A stretch of DNA of 64,000 bases, taken from Brachymonas sp. (lineage in GTDB: Bacteria; Pseudomonadota; Gammaproteobacteria; Burkholderiales; Burkholderiaceae_C). Positions within the stretch are counted from its first letter, which is position 1, and the number at the start of each line of letters is the position of its first letter. The notes below the pieces were generated by a model. That model did no database searches. It was not told where the DNA came from and saw only the letters and a program-made list of their open reading frames with translations. The DNA is taken from assembly GCA_035906235.1 (NCBI GenBank), contig JAMIFN010000132.1, positions 1,542 through 65,541 on the forward strand, read 5' to 3'. Of this stretch, positions 57,954 to 64,000 are shown piece by piece. A program made the translations under genes and the position numbers.

Positions 57954-59663
57954 ATGAATTGCGAGCGCATCCAAGGTTTAGCCGTCTCCCGTGGCATTGC
58001 CATAGGCCGCGCTGTGCTGCTGGCACACAGCCGCAGCAGTGTGCGCCACTACTACATCAGCGCCGAGCAGGTGGAGGCCGAAATTGCCCGCCTAGCGCAG
58101 GCGCGGCGTGTGGTGGTGGCCGAGTTAGAGGCGCTGCAAGCGGCCTTGCCAGACGACGCGCCGCCTGAGCTGGCGGGGATTTTGGAAGTGCATATGCTGC
58201 TCTTGCAAGACCCCGATCTGATCGCCAGCATCAAGCAATGGGTGAGTGAGCGCCACTACAACGCCGAATGGGCGTTGACGCGCCAGCTGGAAATTTTGGT
58301 GCGCCAGTTTGAGGACATGGATGATGACTATCTGCGTGAACGCAAGGCCGATTTAGAGCAGGTGGTCGAGCGCGTGTTGCAGGCCATGCAAGCGGCGCAA
58401 GGCGGCATCAGCGCCATGCGCCAGGCCGAGGCCTCGGCGCAGGCCCTGCTGGGCGGTGGGCTGGGCGAGCACGAAGCGGTGATTTTGGTGGCGCACGATT
58501 TGATGCCCGCCGATATGCTGCAGTTCAAATCCTCGGTGTTTTCGGGCTTTATCACCGATGTGGGCGGCCCCACGGCGCACACCGCCATCGTGGCGCGCAG
58601 CATGGACATCCCCGCTGTGGTGGGCACACGCGTGGCCAGCCAACAGCTGCGCCAAGACGATTTGCTGATTTTGGATGGCGATGCGGGCCTAGTATTGGTC
58701 AACCCCAGCCCTGCAACCCTAGAGGAATACCGCCGCCGCCAAGCGCAAGAGTTGCACAACCGCGCCCGTCTAGAGCAAATCAAACACACGCCTTGCCGCA
58801 GTGCCGATGGCCATGCTGTCGAGCTTTTGGCTAATATCGAGCAACCACAAGACGCCGCCTTGGCCCTGGCTGCGGGCGCGGTCGGTGTGGGGCTGTTTCG
58901 TAGCGAGTTTTTATTTATGGGGCGTGGCGGCGAGCTGCCTGACGAAGAAGAGCAATACCTGGCCTACAAACAGGCTGTGGAAGGGATGCAAGGCCTGCCC
59001 GTCACCATCCGCACGCTCGATATCGGTGCGGATAAGCCCTTGGATGGCAACCACGCCGCCCACCCCGAATGCGACCCCGAGGACAACCCCGCCCTGGGCT
59101 TGCGAGCCATTCGTTGGAGCCTAGCCGAGCCCATCATGTTTCGCACGCAGCTGCGGGCGCTCTTGCGGGCGGCGCAGCACGGCACGGTAAAAATCCTCAT
59201 CCCCATGCTGTGCTGCGAAGCGGAGATTCTGCAGGTCTTCGAGCAATTGGCGCAAAGCCGCGCCGAGCTGGATGCGCGGGGGCAGGCTTACGGTGCGGTA
59301 CAAATGGGCGCCATGATTGAGATCCCCGCCGCTGCGCTGCAGGCAGATCGCTTCTTGGACTTCTTCGATTTTCTATCGATAGGCACCAACGACCTGATTC
59401 AGTACACCCTGGCCATCGATCGCACCGATGAACGCCTGATGCACCTGTACAACCCGCGCCACCCAGCGGTGCTGCAGCTCATTGCGCACACCATCGCGGC
59501 GGCTAATCGGCGCGCTAAGGCGGTGAGTGTCTGCGGCGAAATGGCGGGCGATACCGCCTACACCCAGCTCTTGCTGGGCTTGGGGCTGCGCAGTTTTTCT
59601 ATGCACCCGGTGCAATTGCTGCCGGTGAAGGCGGTGGTGCTGGGTAGCCGTGTGCAAGCCTAG
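57954..59663 (+). CDS. ptsI: phosphoenolpyruvate-protein phosphotransferase (PTS enzyme I)
   Basis: GGPTAHTAIVARSMDIPAVVG (active-site His), IGTNDLIQYTLA and CGEMAGD. No N-terminal GAF domain. AAGGGGG lies upstream of the ATG. Confidence 0.9.
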   Translation: MNCERIQGLAVSRGIAIGRAVLLAHSRSSVRHYYISAEQVEAEIARLAQARRVVVAELEALQAALPDDAPPELAGILEVHMLLLQDPDLIASIKQWVSERHYNAEWALTRQLEILVRQFEDMDDDYLRERKADLEQVVERVLQAMQAAQGGISAMRQAEASAQALLGGGLGEHEAVILVAHDLMPADMLQFKSSVFSGFITDVGGPTAHTAIVARSMDIPAVVGTRVASQQLRQDDLLILDGDAGLVLVNPSPATLEEYRRRQAQELHNRARLEQIKHTPCRSADGHAVELLANIEQPQDAALALAAGAVGVGLFRSEFLFMGRGGELPDEEEQYLAYKQAVEGMQGLPVTIRTLDIGADKPLDGNHAAHPECDPEDNPALGLRAIRWSLAEPIMFRTQLRALLRAAQHGTVKILIPMLCCEAEILQVFEQLAQSRAELDARGQAYGAVQMGAMIEIPAAALQADRFLDFFDFLSIGTNDLIQYTLAIDRTDERLMHLYNPRHPAVLQLIAHTIAAANRRAKAVSVCGEMAGDTAYTQLLLGLGLRSFSMHPVQLLPVKAVVLGSRVQA

Positions 59664-59669
59664 TTTGAC

Positions 59670-59726
59670 GGTATTTTAGGCATGTTTTAGGGGTTTTAGG
59701 CCGTAAAACCTGCCTGAGTAGCTATC
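59670..59726 (+). repeat. 55-bp dispersed repeat, copy 17
   Basis: ggtattttaggcatgttttaggggttttaggccgtaaaacctgcctgagtagctatc (three phased TTTTAGG units, 1 core mismatch). Confidence 0.9.
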
Positions 59727-59739
59727 TTTTTATGCTTTA

Positions 59740-59823
59740 GTCATGCTGCGCGTAGTCGCAGCATCCAAGTGAGGTTTTGTAGAAGCTCCCTGACTGGATT
59801 CCGCGACTGACGCGCGGAATGAC
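59740..59823. repeat. two GTCAT-flanked hairpin modules
   Basis: gtcat-gctgcg-cgtagt-cgcagc-at and attccgcg-actgacg-cgcggaat-gac. Confidence 0.7.
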
Positions 59824-59869
59824 AGTCCCGGTCAATAAATAAATGCTTGGCTGTTATTGGTGGGGGGAT

Positions 59870-61330
59870 TTAAACCATCTGCCCCATGGCGATGGTTTTT
59901 TCTTCTTGGTATTCGTGCAGCCCTTGGCGCCCGCCTTCGCGCCCCAGGCCCGATTGTTTGATGCCGCCAAAAGGCGATTGATCGGCCGATAGCTGACCCG
60001 CATTCACGCTGACCATGCCCGCCTCTAGCGCCTCGGCCACACGCCAAATACGGGCGATGTCGCGGCTGTAGAGGTAGGCGGCTAGGCCGTATTCGGTGTC
60101 ATTGGCGCGGGCAATAGCCTCGGCCTCGGTTTCAAATTTGAAAACCGAGAGGATGGGGCCAAAGGTTTCCTCGCAGGCCACACGCATACTGTGCTGGCAA
60201 TCGGCCAAAACCGTGGGGGCGTAAAACTGCGCGCCGATGTCGCTGCAGACTTGCCCGCCCGTGAGCACGCGTGCGCCCATGGCCACCGCATTGCGCACAT
60301 GGGCATCGACTTTTTCTACCGCTTTGGCGTTGATCAAAGGGCCAATTTGCGCACCTTCGGCAAAGCCGTCAGCGGTTTTGAGCGCCGCCACTGCCGCTGT
60401 CATGCGCTGCAAAAACGCGTCGTACACGCCCGCCTGCACCAGCACGCGGTTGGGCGAGACGCAAGCCTGCCCCGTGTTGCGGAATTTTTGCGCCATCAGG
60501 CCTGCGACCACCGCATCTAAATCGGCATCATCAAACACCAGCACGGGGGCGTTGCCGCCCAGCTCTAGCGCCAGTTTTTTCATGGTTGGCGCACATTGCT
60601 GCATCAGCAATTTGCCCACGGCGGTGGAGCCTGTGAAAGACAGATGGCGCACCGTGTCGCTGGCGCACAGCGCATCGCCTATGGTTTTGGCATTGCTGCC
60701 GGTGACGATGTGCAGGGCATCCCGTGGCACGCCCGCTTGGTAGGCCAGCTCGGCTGCGGCCAAGGCCGACAGCGGCGTTAAATCGGCGGGTTTCAGCACC
60801 ACGGTGCAGCCAGCAGCCAGCGCGGGCGCGACTTTGCGCGTGATCATGGCCAGGGGAAAGTTCCACGGCGTAATGGCCGCGCACACGCCTATGGCTTGCT
60901 TGATGACGATGCTGCGCTGCCCTGCCACATTGGGGGTCAGCACCTCGCCGTAGGCGCGTTTGGCTTCTTCGCCATACCACTCCACAAAGCTGGCGGCGTA
61001 CTGCACTTCGCCATAGGCTTCGGCCAGGGGTTTGCCGTTTTCCGCCGTCATGATGCGGGCTAAATCGTCTTTATGCGCCTGCAGCAAATCCAACCATTTG
61101 CGCAGAATGCGGCTGCGTTCATAGGCCGTGCGCCCGCGCCAACCGGGCAAGGCGGCGTTGGCCGCGGCAATGGCGGCATCCGTTTGCGCTGCGCCCATTT
61201 CAGCCACCCAAGCGATGGGCTGCTGCGTGGCGGGGTTGTGTACCGCAAAGTGGCTCGCGCCTGCCATGGGGCTGAGGCTGGCGGCCTGCAACAAACTGGG
61301 GGTTTTGAGGGGGCTAAGGGGATGATGCAT
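59870..61330 (-). CDS. gabD: NAD(P)-dependent succinate-semialdehyde dehydrogenase
   Basis: ALDH superfamily: LELGGNAP, catalytic FRNTGQACVSPNR and EETFGP. Confidence 0.7.
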   Translation of the reverse strand: MHHPLSPLKTPSLLQAASLSPMAGASHFAVHNPATQQPIAWVAEMGAAQTDAAIAAANAALPGWRGRTAYERSRILRKWLDLLQAHKDDLARIMTAENGKPLAEAYGEVQYAASFVEWYGEEAKRAYGEVLTPNVAGQRSIVIKQAIGVCAAITPWNFPLAMITRKVAPALAAGCTVVLKPADLTPLSALAAAELAYQAGVPRDALHIVTGSNAKTIGDALCASDTVRHLSFTGSTAVGKLLMQQCAPTMKKLALELGGNAPVLVFDDADLDAVVAGLMAQKFRNTGQACVSPNRVLVQAGVYDAFLQRMTAAVAALKTADGFAEGAQIGPLINAKAVEKVDAHVRNAVAMGARVLTGGQVCSDIGAQFYAPTVLADCQHSMRVACEETFGPILSVFKFETEAEAIARANDTEYGLAAYLYSRDIARIWRVAEALEAGMVSVNAGQLSADQSPFGGIKQSGLGREGGRQGLHEYQEEKTIAMGQMV

Positions 61331-61401
61331 AAACGCCTACCAACAGAAAAACAGCTTGCACTGTAGCGCCCCAGCAGGGCTTTGTCAGGCCATGCCCATG
61401 C

Positions 61402-62433
61402 TCAGTGTGTTTTTAACCAGCTGCCGACCACGGCGGGCAATACATCGCAGCTGCAAGGCCAGCGTCCGCTGCCCGGAAAACCCACATGCCCGCCCGTGCG
61501 CGGCTGCCACAGCGTGGTGCTGCTGCTGACCTCAGCCACCGTGGGCATGGTGTAGGCGGGCACGATGGGGTCGTTATGCGTTTGCACCAGCAGGGTGGGC
61601 AGGCGCAGCGCCTGCAAATGCGGTTTGGCCGAGCATTGCGCCCAGTAATCGGCAGCGCCCTTAAAGCCATGCAGGGGGGCGGTGAACAGGTCGTCAAAGG
61701 CAAAAAAAGTGCGCACGCGGCGCATGGCCTCGCCGTCAAACAAACCTGGGTGCAAGGCCAAGCGTTCAAGCGCGCGCGGAATCATGGTTTGCAAAAAATT
61801 GCGGGTGTAGATATTGCGCTGCCACCAGCTGGCATCCATCAGCTGCGCACCGGCGGCCAGATCAATCGGGCTGCAAATAGCGGCGATGGCGCGCAGGCGG
61901 CGGCAGGCGGCCTCGCCCGATTCCTCGGCCCAGCGCAGCAGGGCATTGCCGCCCAGCGATACGCCCACGGCGTACAGCGGCACGGCCTGCCCGTGTTCGC
62001 CACCATGTTCGGCCTGCAACTGGGTGTGCAGGCGCTGCACGATCCAGTCGATTTCTTCCCAATCGCCCGAGTGGTAGGCGCGCGGCGCGTGGTTGACCTC
62101 GCCGCTGCAGCCCCTGGCGTGCGCCACGGCAAAGCCCATGCCTTGCAGCTCGCACCAGCGCAGCAGGGCGCGGGCGTATTGGCTTTGCGACGAGCCTTCT
62201 AAGCCATGAAACAGCAGCAGCAAACCACGCTCGGGCTGCCAAGCATGGGCGCCAAAATCCACATCCACAAAATCGCCATCGGGCGCTGCCCAGCGCTGGC
62301 GTTGGTAGTGCTGCGCCACGGTTTTTTCGGCGTAGAAAGTGCGCCCCCACAAAGCGGGTGCAATGGTCTGGCTATGGCCATCAGGCAGCCACCACGGTGC
62401 GCTATAGTCGCTCGTCAGAATCTGGCCAGCCAT
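61402..62433 (-). CDS. alpha/beta-hydrolase (YheT-like)
   Basis: LLFHGLEGS..., the nucleophile elbow GVSLGGN and a C-terminal GGHVGF. Confidence 0.65.
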   Translation of the reverse strand: MAGQILTSDYSAPWWLPDGHSQTIAPALWGRTFYAEKTVAQHYQRQRWAAPDGDFVDVDFGAHAWQPERGLLLLFHGLEGSSQSQYARALLRWCELQGMGFAVAHARGCSGEVNHAPRAYHSGDWEEIDWIVQRLHTQLQAEHGGEHGQAVPLYAVGVSLGGNALLRWAEESGEAACRRLRAIAAICSPIDLAAGAQLMDASWWQRNIYTRNFLQTMIPRALERLALHPGLFDGEAMRRVRTFFAFDDLFTAPLHGFKGAADYWAQCSAKPHLQALRLPTLLVQTHNDPIVPAYTMPTVAEVSSSTTLWQPRTGGHVGFPGSGRWPCSCDVLPAVVGSWLKTH

Positions 62434-62465
62434 GCAGTACTCACTATTTACTTCACTATTTATTT

Positions 62466-62520
62466 AATAGCTGCTCAGGCAGGTTTTGCGGCCTGAAAGC
62501 CTTAAAAGGCATTGAAAACG
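62466..62520 (-). repeat. 55-bp dispersed repeat, copy 18
   Basis: aatagctgctcaggcaggttttgcggcctgaaagccttaaaaggcattgaaaacg (exact core). Confidence 0.85.
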
Positions 62521-62537
62521 CTATTGTAAAACGCCCT

Positions 62538-63026
62538 ATGACTGCAGCACGCTTTAAACCTGGTGTCACCGTTGGCGCCATCATCGAAAAAGACGGCAAA
62601 TTTTTGCTGGTAGAAGAGCGCACCAGCCAAGGTTTGCGCCTGAACAACCCCGCAGGCCATATCGAACCCGCCGAAGACCTGCTGCAAGGCTGCACGCGCG
62701 AAGTGCTGGAAGAAACCGCCTTTGACTTTGTGCCCACTGCCCTGCTGGGTGTTTACCTTAGCAGCTATCCGCAGCACGACGCTGCCCTGCATGGCGATTT
62801 GCGCAGCCGCCCGCACTATCTGCGCTTGGCCTTTGTGGGCGAACTGGGGGCTTTTCACCCCGAGCGCCAGCTAGACGCGGGCATTGTGCGCACCGTGTGG
62901 CTGACTGCCGATGAGATTCGGCAAGCGCCCAATCTGCGCAGCCCCACTGTGCTGCAGTGCTTAGAAGACTATTTAAGCGGGCAACGCCACCCGCTTGCGC
63001 TGTTGCGGCAGGTGGCCTGTGATTAA
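62538..63026 (+). CDS. NUDIX hydrolase
   Basis: The Nudix box is approximately GHIEPAEDLLQGCTREVLEETAF (GX5EX7REVXEEXG-like). Confidence 0.8.
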   Translation: MTAARFKPGVTVGAIIEKDGKFLLVEERTSQGLRLNNPAGHIEPAEDLLQGCTREVLEETAFDFVPTALLGVYLSSYPQHDAALHGDLRSRPHYLRLAFVGELGAFHPERQLDAGIVRTVWLTADEIRQAPNLRSPTVLQCLEDYLSGQRHPLALLRQVACD

Positions 63027-63028
63027 GG

Positions 63029-63859
63029 CTAAGGTGACGGTGACGCGAGAGCTGGCTCCAATACCTGCGCCAGCGCGATGTACTCAGCTACAGGCACCTC
63101 TTCGGCGCGGCGCTGCACATCAAAATCGCCGCTAAAGCCCTGCTCATCCAACCAGCGCCCCAGGGTGTTGCGCAGAATTTTGCGGCGCTGGCTAAAGGCT
63201 ACGCGCACCAAGTCCTCCAGCAATTGAGGCGATAAAGCGGCAGGCTGGGCATAGGGCAGCATCCTGACGACGGCACTATCGACGCGGGGTGGTGGATCAA
63301 AAGCCTCAGGCGGCACCAAGAGGAAATTGTCCATCGCATAGCGCCACTGCAGCATGACGGACAAACGCCCATAGGCGGCAGTGGCAGGCTGCGCCACCAT
63401 ACGCTCGATCACCTCTTTTTGCAGCATAAAGTGCTGGTCTTGCACCAAATGCGCATAGGGCAGCAAGTGAAACAAAATGGGTGAGGAGATGTTGTAGGGC
63501 AAATTACCCACAACGCGCAACTTGAGCGCTTCACTTTCAATAGCTATCTGGGCAGGTTTTTCGGAGGCTTCTGGCAAATTCCCTGCAAAGACCGCCGCGA
63601 AATCCACTTTTAGCACATCGCTGGCAATCACGGCTACGCCTTGGCGCTGCTGCCAATGGGCAATCAGGTCGCGATCTAGCTCGACTACTGTGATGTGCCC
63701 GCTGTGCTCGAGCAAGGGCTGAGTCAGCGCCCCCAGGCCGGGGCCAATTTCTACCAGCCGCTGACCGGGCTGGGGCGCAATGGTACACACGATGCTGTCG
63801 ATGACGCTCTGATCGACCAAAAAATGCTGGCCAAAGCGTTTGCGGGGAATATGTTTCAT
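63029..63859 (-). CDS. rsmA: 16S rRNA (adenine1518/1519-N6)-dimethyltransferase
   Basis: [21 protein letters not shown] and [14 protein letters not shown] motifs. Confidence 0.9.
   Translation of the reverse strand: MKHIPRKRFGQHFLVDQSVIDSIVCTIAPQPGQRLVEIGPGLGALTQPLLEHSGHITVVELDRDLIAHWQQRQGVAVIASDVLKVDFAAVFAGNLPEASEKPAQIAIESEALKLRVVGNLPYNISSPILFHLLPYAHLVQDQHFMLQKEVIERMVAQPATAAYGRLSVMLQWRYAMDNFLLVPPEAFDPPPRVDSAVVRMLPYAQPAALSPQLLEDLVRVAFSQRRKILRNTLGRWLDEQGFSGDFDVQRRAEEVPVAEYIALAQVLEPALASPSP
63541..63585 (-). repeat. degenerate 55-bp dispersed repeat, copy 19 (inside the rsmA CDS)
   Basis: The sense strand reads ccgaaaaacctgcccagatagctattg (5 core mismatches, flanks conserved). It is translated as ..[10 protein letters not shown].. 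Confidence 0.45.
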
Positions 63860-63884
63860 AAATATTAAATGTGGCCTTCAACAC

Positions 63885-63931
63885 CAACTGCCAACTGTCA
63901 ACTGCCATTGCCATTGCCATTGCCATTGCCA
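63885..63931. repeat. tandem simple-sequence repeats: (CAACTGY)3 then (TGCCAT)~4.8
   Basis: caactgc caactgt caactgc, then tgccat x4 plus a partial unit. They lie upstream of rsmA. Confidence 0.9.
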
Positions 63932-64000
63932 CATTGTGGCATGATGCCAGTACGCTACAAAGCGCGCGGCAACTGTAAAACTCCCCAACGCTGCGGTCCA

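Noticed and set aside
57136-58026. A 296-aa minus-strand ORF spanning the junction between the KstD-like gene and ptsI.
   Set aside because: It is antisense to two well-supported plus-strand genes and has the Arg/Gly/Ala-rich composition of a shadow frame.
63537-63932. A 131-aa ORF starting MAMAMAMAMA.
   Set aside because: The start is generated by the TGCCAT tandem repeat, and the rest is an alternative frame overlapping rsmA on the same (minus) strand.

Overview
This is a 64-kb chromosomal segment that looks betaproteobacterial, judging by gene order: DUF3567-pth, ybeD-lipB, lepA-lepB-DUF4845-rnc-era, ribBA-ribH and nadE-glnB. All family calls come from reading motifs by eye; no searches were run. 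I support about 58 protein-coding genes. Most are housekeeping: pth, suhB, parB, panB, xseA, lipB, pepP, priA, era, rnc, lepB, lepA, holA, ssb, ribH, ribBA, nadE, glnB, ptsH, ptsI and rsmA. There is also a TetR-controlled RND efflux pair, an MFS transporter, a CDF transporter, a ChaA-like antiporter and several hydrolases. I found no rRNA, tRNA or CRISPR array. Five things stand out. (1) A lower-GC five-gene signalling island at 20.6-27.9 kb encodes a CHASE2 Ser/Thr kinase, a PP2C phosphatase, a tandem-FHA protein, a CHASE2 class III cyclase and a class II cNMP phosphodiesterase. It is bracketed by a truncated IS1595-like transposase and a 391-bp element with terminal inverted repeats that carries an IS5-like transposase remnant. 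(2) A non-palindromic dispersed repeat of about 55 bp (core AAACCTGCCTGAGCAGCT) occurs 19 times. Several copies sit between cistrons of operons. Three lie in frame inside priA, nadE and rsmA, and the two sense-oriented ones have lost the repeat's TGA codon. (3) Clusters of CGTCAT-flanked hairpin modules resemble NIME/dRS3 elements. (4) Simple-sequence tracts include a C11 run in the 5' end of an orphan GspE/PilB-like ATPase gene. (5) Smaller oddities include tandem paralogous small secreted proteins, an SGNH homolog without its nucleophile, a Cys-less RibBX-type C-domain, an orphan parB preceded by inverted parS half-sites, and a low-GC DUF1302/DUF1329 pair at the window edge.
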